A stretch of DNA of 64,000 nucleotides from an uncultured Acidimicrobiales bacterium. GTDB taxonomy: Bacteria; Actinomycetota; Acidimicrobiia; Acidimicrobiales; UBA10347. Positions 39,635 through 50,139 of this stretch are shown here, piece after piece. The notes under the pieces were generated by a model. It was not told the origin of the DNA, did not search any database, and was given only the letters and a program-made list of their open reading frames with translations. Within the stretch, counting starts at the first letter, position 1. Each line of letters begins with the position of its first letter. A program made the translations under genes and the position numbers. The stretch is taken from contig CALSSD010000002.1 in assembly GCA_943788915.1 (NCBI GenBank), forward strand, positions 60,265-124,264, read 5' to 3'.

Positions 39635-41302
39635 TCAGATATCGATGATGACCGGAATGATCATGGGGCGCCGCTGGCTGCGCACGTTCACACAGGTGCC
39701 AGTTGCTCGGCGGGCCTTACGCATGAGCGAGGCTCGGTCCCACTTCTTGTTCTCTAATTCAGCATCGATCGCCACGCCGACAAGCCTCACGATCTCGGCT
39801 TCGATCTCATCACCATCTTCGCCATCGAGCCAACCACGACATTCAACCCACGGGTCACAGACCTGCTTGGCCTGGGCGAAGTCGACCACAGCGGTCACGG
39901 ATACGAACCCGTGCTGACCAATAATTTTGCGTTGACCAATGACACCTCGGTCAGGTCCAAGGAATCGACCGTTCAGCATCTGGTGAGCGCCTGGTGTCAC
40001 GCCGTGGCGGAGGGACAAGCCATCGTCGGCAAGCACGACCTGATCGCCATCTTGGGCCAACAGTGTGTGATCGGCAGCCAGACCTAAGGACTGGGACAAC
40101 AGTTGGTGCGCAACCAGGTGTCGGTATTCGCCGTGCACGGGAACAAACCATTCAGGGCTCGCCACCGTGTGCAATGTGGTGAGTTCATCACGCTTTCCGT
40201 GACCACTCGTATGGATCTCGACGAGGCCGCTGTGCACAACTTCGGCACCACGTTTGATCAAGTCGTTCATCATGTTCGACACTCGAGCTTCGTTGCCCGG
40301 GATTGGGTGTGAACTCAAGATGACCGTGTCGGTGTCATGGATCGTGATCCACCGGTTACCACCCTTGGCCGCAGTGGCAAGCGAAGAACGTTCCTCCCCT
40401 TGTGAACCCGTCGAGATAATGCACAACTCGCCGGGTTCAAAGTCGCCGATTTCTTCGATGTCAAAGAATGCAGCGTCGGGAATCTTGAGCAATCCCAGCG
40501 ATCGCGCAAGTGCAACGTTCTTCTTCATCGACAGGCCAAGAGTGGCGATCTTGCGGCTGTCTTCGAGCGCAGCGTCGGCAATCTGTTGCACCCGATGCAT
40601 ATGGCTTGCGAAACATGCCGTGATTACTCGGCGGCCCTGATTCGAGCGGAACACCTCTGCAAGAGGTGCACCCATCGAACTCTCGCTGGCCGAACTTCCC
40701 GGAGCATCGCTGTTCGTGCTGTCAGCAAGCAACAGACGAATGCCTGGATCTTCGGCCAACGCACCGATGCGAGGCAGGTTTGTGCGGCGACCGTCGATCG
40801 GATGAGGGTCGAGCTTGAAGTCACTGCTATGGAGCACCAAACCCTGCGGTGTGGTGATAGCGCTGATCAGACCGCCAGGAACCGAGTGAGTGACGGCCAA
40901 GAACTCGACACTGAACGGGCCGATCTGCACGGTCTCGTTGTCGGCGACTTCGATGAGTTTGGTGCGCCCCATGACATTACGCTCGTCGCAGCGATAACGG
41001 ACCAGGCCCAGTGTGAAAGCCGAACCATAGATCGGGAACTCCAGGCCGCGATCGAGCACCTGGGCGATAGCGCCAATGTGGTCCTCGTGGCCGTGCGTAA
41101 CCAGACAGCCGATGATCTTGTCTTTACGCTCAAATAGGTAATCGACGTCGGGCAGTATCGAATCGACGCCAGGTTCTTCTTCGCTCGCGAACAACTGTCC
41201 GCAATCGAGTAACAAGAGTGCGTCGTCGGTTTCGATGGCCGCGCAGTTGCGGCCAATGTCGCCAAGGCCTCCGAGGAAGGTGATCGTTACCTCGTTGGTC
41301 AT
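39635..41302 (-). CDS. rnj: Ribonuclease J
   Basis: 'ITFLGGLGDIGRNC' and the metallo-beta-lactamase motif 'VTHGHEDHIGA'. Start trimmed to MTNEVTI (41302). Confidence 0.9.
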   Translation of the reverse strand: MTNEVTITFLGGLGDIGRNCAAIETDDALLLLDCGQLFASEEEPGVDSILPDVDYLFERKDKIIGCLVTHGHEDHIGAIAQVLDRGLEFPIYGSAFTLGLVRYRCDERNVMGRTKLIEVADNETVQIGPFSVEFLAVTHSVPGGLISAITTPQGLVLHSSDFKLDPHPIDGRRTNLPRIGALAEDPGIRLLLADSTNSDAPGSSASESSMGAPLAEVFRSNQGRRVITACFASHMHRVQQIADAALEDSRKIATLGLSMKKNVALARSLGLLKIPDAAFFDIEEIGDFEPGELCIISTGSQGEERSSLATAAKGGNRWITIHDTDTVILSSHPIPGNEARVSNMMNDLIKRGAEVVHSGLVEIHTSGHGKRDELTTLHTVASPEWFVPVHGEYRHLVAHQLLSQSLGLAADHTLLAQDGDQVVLADDGLSLRHGVTPGAHQMLNGRFLGPDRGVIGQRKIIGQHGFVSVTAVVDFAQAKQVCDPWVECRGWLDGEDGDEIEAEIVRLVGVAIDAELENKKWDRASLMRKARRATGTCVNVRSQRRPMIIPVIIDI

Positions 41303-41315
41303 GATTGATTCCTGA

Positions 41316-42233
41316 TCAGTTGGTGGGAAGGCTGGCTTCGATCGCCAGGCCGGAACCTTCGATGAGTGCCCGGGCTGCGGCTTCGAGACCCGGAGGTTCC
41401 ATATGCATGGGCGATCGGCCGTGCCCCACGTTATGACCAAGCATGCGCAACATCGCCTTAGTGGGCACAGGATTCGGCGCATCGAGCATGGATTCGAAGC
41501 CAAACGAAGGAAGCATCATGGCATTGATCTGTCGTGCCTTGACGACATCGCCAGCAGCGAACGCGTCAAACATCTGGACATGTTCTTGACCTGTCCAGTG
41601 AGTTGCGACGCCGATGGCACCCACGGCCCCAATCGACAACAACGGCAGTGTCAAGCCGTCGTCGCCGCTATAGACCTCGAAGTTCTCGGGGGCTTGCGAG
41701 ATCAGCACGGCTGTCTCGCCGGGGTCTCCAGCGGCGTCCTTGATGCCAACGATGTTGTCGACGTCGTAGGCCAAGGTGAGCAGATTCTCGGTTTCGACCT
41801 TGCGGCCGGTGCGTGCCGGAATGTCATAGATCAGCGTGGGGACATCGTCGCCGGCTGCAGCAACAGCGGTGAAATGATCAACCAATGCAGCCTGCGACGG
41901 TCGGTTGTAATACGGCGTGACCACGAGAAGGCCATCGACGCCAGCCAGTACGGCTCGTTTGGTCAGATCAACGGCGGCTCGGGTGTCGTTGCTGCCCGTA
42001 CCAGCAATGATGGGCACGTTAACGGCCTCGCGCACGGCACGGAAGAGTTGGCCCTGTTCGTCGTGGGTGAGCGTCGGAGACTCGCCAGTCGTACCAGCGA
42101 GCACCAGGCCCTCGTGGCCCTGCGTCTCAACCAGCCACGATGCGAGTGCTTGCGCTGCATCGAGGTCGAGGTCTTCATTCTCATCAAACGGGGTAACCAT
42201 TGCCGAGAGAACTCGGCCAAATGTCGGGTTCAT
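41316..42233 (-). CDS. dapA: 4-hydroxy-tetrahydrodipicolinate synthase
   Basis: 'MVTPF', 'GTTGESPTL', 'PYYNRP' and the Schiff-base 'GIKDA' context. Confidence 0.95.
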   Translation of the reverse strand: MNPTFGRVLSAMVTPFDENEDLDLDAAQALASWLVETQGHEGLVLAGTTGESPTLTHDEQGQLFRAVREAVNVPIIAGTGSNDTRAAVDLTKRAVLAGVDGLLVVTPYYNRPSQAALVDHFTAVAAAGDDVPTLIYDIPARTGRKVETENLLTLAYDVDNIVGIKDAAGDPGETAVLISQAPENFEVYSGDDGLTLPLLSIGAVGAIGVATHWTGQEHVQMFDAFAAGDVVKARQINAMMLPSFGFESMLDAPNPVPTKAMLRMLGHNVGHGRSPMHMEPPGLEAAARALIEGSGLAIEASLPTN

Positions 42234-43015
42234 GCGTGTCCTTCTTTAGCTCGGTCGATGCCGAGTGATGCCAGTAGATCCTCGTGTAACTCAAACCAGA
42301 TCGTGTGATACGACTCGATCATGGGTTTGGTGAACCACTCGAGCTCGCCGGATTGCACCTTGGCCAGGGCCTCGGCGAAGCTGGGTGCATAGTGCTCGAA
42401 TCGCTGGAACAACGCTCCAAGATCGGCGCAGATGGGTTGCATGCTCGCATCGGCTTCGGCGAGACGACCAATGATCATGGCGTCGTATTCGGCGTCGCCA
42501 TGATCGTTCGACACCTGCGCTCCGTCGATCATGCGAACTTGCCAGTCGGTACACAGACCGAGGAACGGCTTGTTGTGTTCGAGGAACCGACGGTAGATAG
42601 CGTCGAGTTGTGCACGCCTGCCAGCGTCGTCGAGTTGCTGCGCGAGCAGTGCCTCGCCATGAGCACGCCCGGCGGGCAACAACATCCAGCCGGTCATACG
42701 TCCTTCGCGGTACTTAACTCGCTCAGCGTCCGCGAGTCCGTCGAGGACCTGCTTGGCTCGTTCTGGGCTCACTCCTGCGGCTTCGGCCACCACGTCGGTG
42801 TCCGCAAAACTTTTCAGGCGTAGCGCGTGCACCACGCGCAATTGTTCTTCGTTGTCCACAGCGGTGGATGTTATCGCCACTGCTCCCCCGCCTCGAAGTT
42901 CTTTATATGCCTCGGACAAACCAAACCTGCTGAGGATGCTGGTCAGGCCGTCGCAAAATTCCCAAACAACCGGGGAAGAACCATCGAACCGGGTAGCGGC
43001 CGCTGCTACTCCCAC
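42230..43015 (-). CDS. Hypothetical protein (possible winged-helix N-terminal region)
   Basis: ORF with a 4-nt overlap onto the dapA start. No family recognised. The start is uncertain (ATG 43015 or GTG 42880). Confidence 0.5.
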   Translation of the reverse strand: MGVAAAATRFDGSSPVVWEFCDGLTSILSRFGLSEAYKELRGGGAVAITSTAVDNEEQLRVVHALRLKSFADTDVVAEAAGVSPERAKQVLDGLADAERVKYREGRMTGWMLLPAGRAHGEALLAQQLDDAGRRAQLDAIYRRFLEHNKPFLGLCTDWQVRMIDGAQVSNDHGDAEYDAMIIGRLAEADASMQPICADLGALFQRFEHYAPSFAEALAKVQSGELEWFTKPMIESYHTIWFELHEDLLASLGIDRAKEGHA

Positions 43016-43800
43016 TCAGGGGCTGAACTCGCTTTGCCACGTGCGACGCGTCGCAGAATCAGCGGGTAACCGGCCAGCGCAATCGTACTGAAGATGAACC
43101 ACTGCACGGCATAACTGGCATGAGGGCCTGCATCGAGAGAGGGCAACGACAACGCCGTCGGCAGTGCGCCCGGGTCAACCGATGCTGGATCGAGGCGCAG
43201 TACCACCGGCGACAGATCATAGGCGACCTGCTCGGCCAGCCGGGCCACGTCTGGTCTCCCCAACGTCGACAGCTGTCCTTCTTCGGGATCAGCGACTTGG
43301 AACCCTTCGGCGGTGCGAGCTGGCTGAATCGTGCCGACGATCTCGATTCGGCCCGACGCAGGTTCTGTTCCCGGACGAGGTGCATCAGCTTCGAACACAC
43401 GCGGGATCCAGCCTCGATTGACTGCTACGGCCCAACCGTCGTCGGTCACGAACGGGGTCAGAACCCACCAGCCTGGTGATCCTTCGAGCGTGCGATTCCG
43501 TATCAGCACCTCGTCTTCGGTGCGGTACTCCCCCGTGACTACAACGCGAAGATACTGCTCTTCTTCACCAACCAAGGCGTCAGCCCCGGGAGGCGCGACC
43601 GACGCCAGCGACACCGGCGCTTGTTCGACACGAGCCGTGATGAGTTCGTTGCGGTCGCCTCGTTCACTGTGGCGGTTGACTTGCCATATGCCAGCGAAGA
43701 GCATGGCGGCGACCAGCCCTGCTACCAGGACGTGGGAGAGAACCCATGCGGGTCTTCGCACAAAGCTGTAGTCGGGAGTTTCCTCGACGGTGGGCGTCAC
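43006..43800 (-). CDS. SURF1-family cytochrome oxidase assembly protein
   Basis: N- and C-terminal TM helices. 'GIWQVNRHSER', 'VLIRNR' and 'HASYAVQWFIFS' are typical of SURF1/Shy1. Confidence 0.8.
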   Translation of the reverse strand: MTPTVEETPDYSFVRRPAWVLSHVLVAGLVAAMLFAGIWQVNRHSERGDRNELITARVEQAPVSLASVAPPGADALVGEEEQYLRVVVTGEYRTEDEVLIRNRTLEGSPGWWVLTPFVTDDGWAVAVNRGWIPRVFEADAPRPGTEPASGRIEIVGTIQPARTAEGFQVADPEEGQLSTLGRPDVARLAEQVAYDLSPVVLRLDPASVDPGALPTALSLPSLDAGPHASYAVQWFIFSTIALAGYPLILRRVARGKASSAPEWE

Positions 43801-43811
43801 GTTGTCAGGAT

Positions 43812-44591
43812 TCAGACGTCGAGGATGGCATCAAGGCCCACGGTGACACCTGGCTGAGCAGCGATGCGTTTGCAGCCCAGCACGACACCTGGCATGAACG
43901 ACGACCGGTCGTAGCTGTCTTGGCGAATGGTCAGGCTCTGGCCAAGCGCCCCAAGAATGACTTCCTGATGCGCAACCATCCCCCGCATACGCACCGAATG
44001 CACATGGATGCCAGCGGGCCCGACACCGCCACGGGCTCCGGGGTACACCTGGTGCTCAGTTGGGTCTGGAGCCCAGTCGTCGGAGGCCGCCGCCAAGCGC
44101 TCGACGGTGGCCACGGCAGTTCCTGACGGCGCGTCGATCTTGTTGTCGTGATGCAACTCGATGACTTCGGCGGTGTCGAAGAACGGCGCCGCAATCTCTG
44201 CGAAACGCATCATCAGCACCGCACTGATCGCAAAGTTCGCGGCGATCAGCAGATTGCTCGAGGTAAACGCCGCCTCGAACGCAGACATGTCATCGTCGGT
44301 AAATCCGGTCGTGCCAACTACGGCATGGACACCAGCAGCAGCGACGACTGGCAGGTTGTTTCGCGCTGCTTCGGCCACAGTGAAGTCCACGACGACGTCG
44401 GGACCCGAGGCAAGAAACATATCGAGGTCTGTCTGGATATCCAGGCCTTGCGCCGTCACAGCACCGGCACCATATGGATCGAATGCTGCGACAAGCAACA
44501 GTTCTGGGTCTGCTTCAACGGCTTCGCAGACCGAGGCACCCATGCGCCCCGCTGCTCCAAGAACACCGACCTTGACCTGTTCACCCATCAC
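43812..44591 (-). CDS. dapB: 4-hydroxy-tetrahydrodipicolinate reductase
   Basis: 'VGVLGAAGRMG' and 'EVIELHHDNKIDAPSGTA'. Confidence 0.95.
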   Translation of the reverse strand: MMGEQVKVGVLGAAGRMGASVCEAVEADPELLLVAAFDPYGAGAVTAQGLDIQTDLDMFLASGPDVVVDFTVAEAARNNLPVVAAAGVHAVVGTTGFTDDDMSAFEAAFTSSNLLIAANFAISAVLMMRFAEIAAPFFDTAEVIELHHDNKIDAPSGTAVATVERLAAASDDWAPDPTEHQVYPGARGGVGPAGIHVHSVRMRGMVAHQEVILGALGQSLTIRQDSYDRSSFMPGVVLGCKRIAAQPGVTVGLDAILDV

Positions 44592-44774
44592 TCCAAGCTA
44601 CCCGAAGTCCATCGGTGTGCTGCTGCTGTTTGGCCGCACAAAACCACGAAGGTGAGCGCAACAGGACAGGAGTCGGAGCGATGGAGAAGCGGCTGGAAGG
44701 ACCGTCGAGGTGAAGGCCGTCGACAGAATGAGCGCAACGAACCCGGCTACCTCCGAGGGGAACAGCGCAACATG

Positions 44775-44813
44775 GTGAAAACGAGAATGGGCGCCGCGCG
44801 CTGCGCGGCGCCC
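44775..44813 (-). terminator. Intrinsic terminator downstream of pnp
   Basis: Perfect 11-bp GC stem GGGCGCCGCGC-gct-GCGCGGCGCCC (44789-44813). On the minus strand it is followed by ATTCTCGTTTTC. Confidence 0.6.
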
Positions 44814-44857
44814 ACTCAGATTTGATTACCGATAGTGCCAGCTAGGCCACCAGCTGG

Positions 44858-47328
44858 TTAGTCCTTGTAGCGATCAGACTGTTCGGCATCGAAGGCTTCG
44901 TTGAACGACACGACTTCGACGTCGCCAGCGGCCTTCTTCGGACGGTCACTGCGACCACCACCGCTGTCACGATCGCGGCCACCGCACCACCATCACGGCC
45001 ACCGCCGTCACGGTCACGACCACCACGAGCGCCACGGTCACGACCACCACGGCCGCCACCACTGTCACGGTCACGACCACCGCCGCCTTCACGACTACGA
45101 CCACCACGATCACCACGGCCGTTGCCGCTGCTCTCGCCAGAATCGTCGCCACCGCCGCTGGTGAGTTCATCAGCGAACTCGGCAGGCATCAGGCTGATCT
45201 TGCCGTTGGGGTCGATGTCTTCGACAATCACCTCGATGGTGTCGCCCAAGCTGAGCTCGTCTTCGACCTTGTCGATGCGGCGTTTGCCACCGATCTTCGA
45301 GATGTGGACCAGACCGTCTCGGCCAGGCATGATGTTGACGAACGCACCGAAGTTGGTGATGTTCACAACACGACCCGTGTAGGTCGCTCCCATTTCTGGA
45401 GTCGGCGGATCAAGGATCAGCTTGACCTGGCGTTCTGCTTCGGCGACCGCATTGCGATCTGCAGAGGCAATCGACACCACGCCGACCATGCCGTCGTCGT
45501 CGACAGAGATGTCGGCGCCGGTCTCGGCCTGCATGGCGTTGATGACCTTGCCTTTAGGGCCAATGATCTCGCCGATCTTGTCGATCGGGATCTCGAAGCT
45601 AACGATCTGCGGAGCGTTCTCGTTGACCTCAGAGCGAGGTTCAGCGATTGCTTCGGCCATGTTGGCCAACACCTGCATGCGAGCATCGAGTGCTTGCTGA
45701 AGAGCGGCAGCAAGAACGTCGGCAGGGATGCCGTCGATCTTGGTGTCCATCTGCAGTGCGGTTACGAAGTCAGCAGTACCGCAGACCTTGAAGTCCATGT
45801 CGCCCATGGCATCTTCGGCACCGAGGATGTCGGTGATCGGGATGTACTTGCCATCTTCGTGGATGAGACCCATGGCGATACCGGCAACAGGAGCTGCGAT
45901 CGGTACACCAGCGTCCATCAGCGACAACGACGAGCCACAGACCGAGGCCATTGAGCTTGAGCCGTTCGACGCCATAACTTCTGACACCAAACGGTAGGTG
46001 TACGGGAAGTCTTCGAAGTCAGGGATGACCGGAACGAGGGCTCGTTCGGCGAGTGCGCCGTGGCCGATCTCGCGACGCTTCGGTCCACGCATGAAGCCGG
46101 TTTCGCCGGTGCAGTATGGAGGGAAGTTGTAGTGATGCATGTACCGCTTACGGCTTACCGGGTCGATGCCATCGATCATTTGGTCCATGCGTCCGGTGCC
46201 CAACGTGGTCACGTTAAGAACCTGTGTGTCGCCACGCTGGAACAGACCAGAACCGTGGCCGGTCGCAACAACGCCGATTTCGGACTTGAGCTCACGGAGA
46301 TCGGCTGGGCCACGGCCATCCATGCGGATGCCTTCGTTCAAGACACGGTCGCGGACGACCTTCTTGGTTAGCTTGCGCAATGCGCCGCCGATGAGATCAC
46401 CGTCGTGATCTGAGAGTTCTTCACGAACAGCGGACTTGATTGCGCCTTCGGCTGCCTGGCGTTCCATCTTGTCAGCAATGGTCATTGCTTCTTTGACACG
46501 ATCCGTAGCGATCGCTGCAACAGCTTCGTAGACCTCGTCGGTCGTGTCAGCCGTGACGCTGTAGTCCATCTTTGGCTTGGCGCCAAAGGACGTGACCAGC
46601 TCATGCTGCAGATCGATTGCCTGGCGGATCCACGCCTTCGATGCTTCGAGGCCTTCGCCGAGCACGGTCTCATTGACCTTGGGAGCGCCAGCTTCGTACT
46701 TCGGGATCGAGCCAGCAACGCCGCCGGCTTCAACCATCGAGATAGCGATATCGCCGGTGCTGGTCTCGCGACCGGCAACCACGATTTCGAAGGTGCCTTC
46801 TTGGCCCTCTTCATACGTTGGGAACGGAATCCATTCACCGTCGGTTGAGTAACCCAGGCGCACGGCGCCAACCGGGCCGTCGAACGGAATGTCGCTGAGC
46901 ATGAGTGCTGCAGACGCTGCGTTCAGAGCCAATACGTCGTACTGGTTCGCCTGGTCAGCAGCCAGAACGGTGGCGATGACGTGAACCTCGTTGCGGAACC
47001 CATCAGGGAAGTTGGGGCGCAATGGGCGGTCCAACAGGCGACAGACCAGGATGGCCTGTTCGCTTGCGCGACCTTCACGACGGAAGAACGAACCGGGGAT
47101 TTTGCCCGCGGCGTACATGCGCTCTTCGACATCGACGGTTAGCGGGAAGAATGAGGCATTCTCACGTGCTTGTTTCGCGCCGGTTGCGGTCACCAAGACC
47201 TGCGTACGGCCCATGGTGGCGATTACGGAACCGCCAGCGAGGTTGGCCATCCGGCCAGCCTCAAGTGTGAACAGCTTGTCGTCCGCACCTTGTATTTCTG
47301 TAGAAACGCTCTTCGCTTCTTTGGTCAT
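44858..47328 (-). pseudogene. pnp: Polyribonucleotide nucleotidyltransferase (PNPase) with an RGG/RD-rich C-terminal tail; frame broken near 44985 (probable sequencing error)
   Basis: Start trimmed to MTKEAKSV (47328). Two RNase PH domains, then KH and S1 ('GRVVNITNFGAFV'). After '...GGGRDGG' the frame gives an implausible hydrophobic tail. The neighbouring frame reads 'GRDRDSGGGRSDRPKKAAGDVEVVSFNEAFDAEQSDRYKD*' and stops at 44858. Confidence 0.88.
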
Positions 47329-47604
47329 GGCTTTCTCCTGCCGTGACCGCGCCGCCAATGTGCTCGGGTGAGCACTGCTCTCTACTAGAGCGCGGCGGGC
47401 GGCCGTTGTTGAGTAGTTGGGTGACACTCGCCTTGAGTGTCGTGCCAAGCCAGTGACCAGTTGACGGTTTCCCTCACAGTTGTAGGGAAAGCCTCGACTG
47501 TCCACCGACTAGGTGGCGTCAATAATCATTACCGATGAAGGTTAATGATGTGGGGATGGCGACGAACTCTGTAGCTCGGCCGCATTTGTAATTGGTTCGA
47601 CCTG
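47329..47604 (-). promoter_or_regulatory. rpsO-pnp intercistronic leader with several hairpins
   Basis: 276-nt spacer containing GACACTC-aaggc-GAGTGTC and GGTTTCCCT..AGGGAAAGCC stems. By analogy with the structured pnp leader of E. coli; not verified. Confidence 0.3.
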
Positions 47605-47886
47605 TTAGCGGCGAAGTCCGAGTTCACCAATGATTGCGCGGTAGCGCTCAACATCGATGCCAGCAAGGTAGTCGAGCAGACGACGGCGACGACCAACAAG
47701 CATCAGCAAGCCGCGTCGGCTGTGGTGATCCTTCTTGGCGGTCTGCAGGTGCTCCGTCAGATGAACAATGCGGTCAGTGAGCAGTGCGATTTGGACCTCG
47801 GGCGAACCGGTGTCGCCTTCGCCTCGTGCGTGCTTTGCGATCGTTGCAGCTTTTGCGGGCAGATTTGTTGCAGCTTTTGCGCTCAT
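47605..47886 (-). CDS. rpsO: 30S ribosomal protein S15
   Basis: 93 aa with '[51 protein letters not shown]'. The 178-aa track ORF was trimmed to MSAKAAT. Confidence 0.95.
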   Translation of the reverse strand: MSAKAATNLPAKAATIAKHARGEGDTGSPEVQIALLTDRIVHLTEHLQTAKKDHHSRRGLLMLVGRRRRLLDYLAGIDVERYRAIIGELGLRR

Positions 47887-48116
47887 CGTCTTGTCTCTCG
47901 ATTTCTTGGGTTTCGGACCCAGCCCACGCTGCCCGTTCGGTCCTGAGCTGATGTAACAGCGAAGTACCGTGACGAAGCGATGAGCATTGCCTAACAGGTG
48001 CCAGGCGGTTGCCCGACCACGAGAGGGTAACGCCGGAATACCGGTTCCACGCCTGCAGCCGAATCGTTCCGGACCGCACCCAAGAGAGCGGCTCGATAAC
48101 TCGGCACCACTACCTG

Positions 48117-48617
48117 CTAGTAGACAGCGTACTGACGGCAATATTCATAGATGGCCATCGAGGTGGCCGTGGCCGCGTTGAAGCTATACGGCAGGCCATA
48201 CACGGGGATCTCAACCACGTCGTCCAATGCCGCCAGAATCTCAGGAGCGATACCCAGCCGCTCGTTGCCCACGACCAGCAAGGTCCGTTCTTCGAATGCG
48301 TAGCTGTGGATGTTCTGCGAGTGCGTGGCCTGTTCGACACCGACCAAGCGGTAGCCGTCGTCTTTGAACTTCTTGAGCGCCGGCAGCAGCGTTCGGCGAA
48401 CGACTATTTCCAGTTCGTCTGCACCGTCACGAGCAATCTTGCTGATCAGCTTGTTGTTGCCACACAAGACCAGTTTCTGGACGCCGCATGCACTTGCGGT
48501 TCGAGCGATCGCTGAAATGTTGACGTTGCTTCTCATAGGAACGCAAGCAACAACGAGCTCTCGAGGGTACGAAAGTTCGGACTGAGGCCGGCGCCGCACT
48601 TGTTCAAAAGAGGCCAT
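48117..48617 (-). CDS. TrmH/SpoU-family RNA 2'-O-methyltransferase
   Basis: '[15 protein letters not shown]', '[11 protein letters not shown]' and '[22 protein letters not shown]' are SPOUT motifs. Confidence 0.8.
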   Translation of the reverse strand: MASFEQVRRRPQSELSYPRELVVACVPMRSNVNISAIARTASACGVQKLVLCGNNKLISKIARDGADELEIVVRRTLLPALKKFKDDGYRLVGVEQATHSQNIHSYAFEERTLLVVGNERLGIAPEILAALDDVVEIPVYGLPYSFNAATATSMAIYEYCRQYAVY

Positions 48618-48639
48618 TGTGCACCGAGGGTACCGGAGG

Positions 48640-49557
48640 TCAGCTCGCTGGTTCTTCGGAGGGCGCTGCAGGGATCACGACGGCTGGCTTGATCTTGCCG
48701 CCTTCGACTCGTTCATGCACCGCAACCACGGCGCCCTGTGAGTCGAGCAGCACCCATGGTCCTGCACCCGTCAGGACATCTTCAGAAAGCCGTTGGCCGT
48801 TCCGGACCCGGGCGACGGTTTCGTCATCGAGCGACACCGATGGATAATCGGCAAGCCCCTCGGCCAATGAGATGATCGTGGACTTTTCAAGGACCGCAGC
48901 GTTGGCTTCGACATGACGGCCAATCGCGGTGCGTCGTAGGGATCGCAGGTGTGCTCCCCCACCCAACGCAGCACCGATATCGGCGGCGATGGTTCGAATG
49001 TAGGTGCCAGATCCACAGCGGGTCGTGAACTTAAAGACGTGTGGCTCGCCAGGTTCCGTCGGCAAAAAGGCTGGATCGACCGAGATTTCGTGCACCGTGA
49101 CCGGCCGAGGTTTACGCTCGACCGTCTTGCCTTCACGAGCAAGCTGATGCAGCCGTTTCCCGTCGATCTTGATGGCAGAGACCATCGGCGGGATCTGTTC
49201 GATATCGCCAACGAATTGGGGCGCAACCCGGATCACATCTTCGATTGTTATGTCCGACATGTCATGGCGCACCGTGACCTCGCCATCGGCATCGAGCGAA
49301 TCAGTCTCAACGCCAAGCACCGCTTCGGCTACGTAGGTCTTTTCGAGCTCCGTAATGAAACGAAGCAACCGGGTACCGCGGCCGACGCCCAACACGAGCA
49401 CACCGGTTGCACCTGGATCTAACGTGCCGCTGTGACCGATCTTGCGGGTGCCGAAGACACCACGAGCCTTGGCGACAACGTCGTGGCTGGTCCACTCGGC
49501 TTCCTTGTCGACCACCACGAACCCGCTGGGACCCTCATGGCCGCCTTTTCTTGCCAT
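48640..49557 (-). CDS. truB: tRNA pseudouridine(55) synthase
   Basis: 'GFVVVDKEAEWTSHDVV', catalytic 'GHSGTLDPGATGVL', and 'QIPPMVSAIK'. Confidence 0.95.
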   Translation of the reverse strand: MARKGGHEGPSGFVVVDKEAEWTSHDVVAKARGVFGTRKIGHSGTLDPGATGVLVLGVGRGTRLLRFITELEKTYVAEAVLGVETDSLDADGEVTVRHDMSDITIEDVIRVAPQFVGDIEQIPPMVSAIKIDGKRLHQLAREGKTVERKPRPVTVHEISVDPAFLPTEPGEPHVFKFTTRCGSGTYIRTIAADIGAALGGGAHLRSLRRTAIGRHVEANAAVLEKSTIISLAEGLADYPSVSLDDETVARVRNGQRLSEDVLTGAGPWVLLDSQGAVVAVHERVEGGKIKPAVVIPAAPSEEPAS

Positions 49558-49566
49558 GGCGCGTAC

Positions 49567-49986
49567 TTACTCTTCTTCTGAATCTTCTGCGGGTAGGGCT
49601 TCGGGTGATGACGCATAGGCGCGATCGCCCTCGGCCTCCATGGTCTGGAGGATCTCTCCGACCCGGGTTCCTGAGCGCAAGCCGGGGTCGATCAGAAACT
49701 CCAAGTCGGGCACCCTGCGCATATTGCCTTGGCGAGCGATGGCCTTTCGGAGCCGACCCATGTGGGTATACAGACCTTCGAGATCTTCCTCTTCGAGATT
49801 CAGCGTCGAGAAGTAGACCCGGGCTCGCGTCAACTCATTGTCGACCTCGACATCGGTGACGGTCACATAGGCGACATAATCGTCATCGATACGTCGTAGT
49901 TCCTCGCCGATAATTTCGCGCAGGGACGAGCCCAGGCGATCGGTCCGGGCAAAGCCCCGGCTTCCACGTTGGTTTCGTCGACTCAC
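49567..49986 (-). CDS. rbfA: Ribosome-binding factor A
   Basis: GTG start (VSRRNQRG...). 'RLGSSLREIIGEEL', 'VTVTDVEVDNELTRARVYF' and 'RRVPDLEF'. Acidic C-terminal tail. Confidence 0.9.
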   Translation of the reverse strand: MSRRNQRGSRGFARTDRLGSSLREIIGEELRRIDDDYVAYVTVTDVEVDNELTRARVYFSTLNLEEEDLEGLYTHMGRLRKAIARQGNMRRVPDLEFLIDPGLRSGTRVGEILQTMEAEGDRAYASSPEALPAEDSEEE

Positions 49987-50139
49987 GCCGCCACGGTACC
50001 GGCCGCAGCGTTGACGCCTACTTCTTGATGACGACTGTCGATGCATTCCGGTCCATCACGGTGCGATGTTGGCTGCCAGAGAACAACATGATGAGTGGCA
50101 CCAGCACGATCAGCAACCTCTTTCGCCGTTGCCTCGGTT

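Noticed and set aside
42852-42860. Perfect actinobacterial DnaA-box consensus TTGTCCACA inside the hypothetical gene at 42230..43015.
   Set aside because: It is a single 9-mer occurrence inside a CDS. About 0.5 occurrences are expected by chance in 64 kb on both strands.
44842-44990. Hydrophobic C-terminal segment of the pnp track ORF ('AVAAIVTAVVVAVTV...') as a membrane anchor.
   Set aside because: It appears only after the frame break. The adjacent frame continues the RD/RGG repeat and ends in a plausible acidic C-terminus, so the hydrophobic tail is a frameshift artefact.
44901-45164. His-rich ORF on the plus strand ('HHHHGHRRHGHDHHERHGHDHHGRHH...') as a possible metal-binding peptide.
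   Set aside because: It is the antisense reading of the RGG/RD-repeat coding region of pnp, so the composition is a mirror artefact of that repeat.
47605-48141. Long 5' extensions of track ORFs: rpsO 178 aa, rnj 622 aa, pnp 887 aa, dxr 444 aa, ppx 546 aa, IMPase 353 aa, nitroreductase 204 aa, frr 206 aa, rbfA 159 aa.
   Set aside because: The extensions are Arg/Pro-rich and overlap neighbouring genes. Internal starts give canonical N-termini, often with ATGA/TGATG coupling or a Shine-Dalgarno sequence. I trimmed them to the conserved start.
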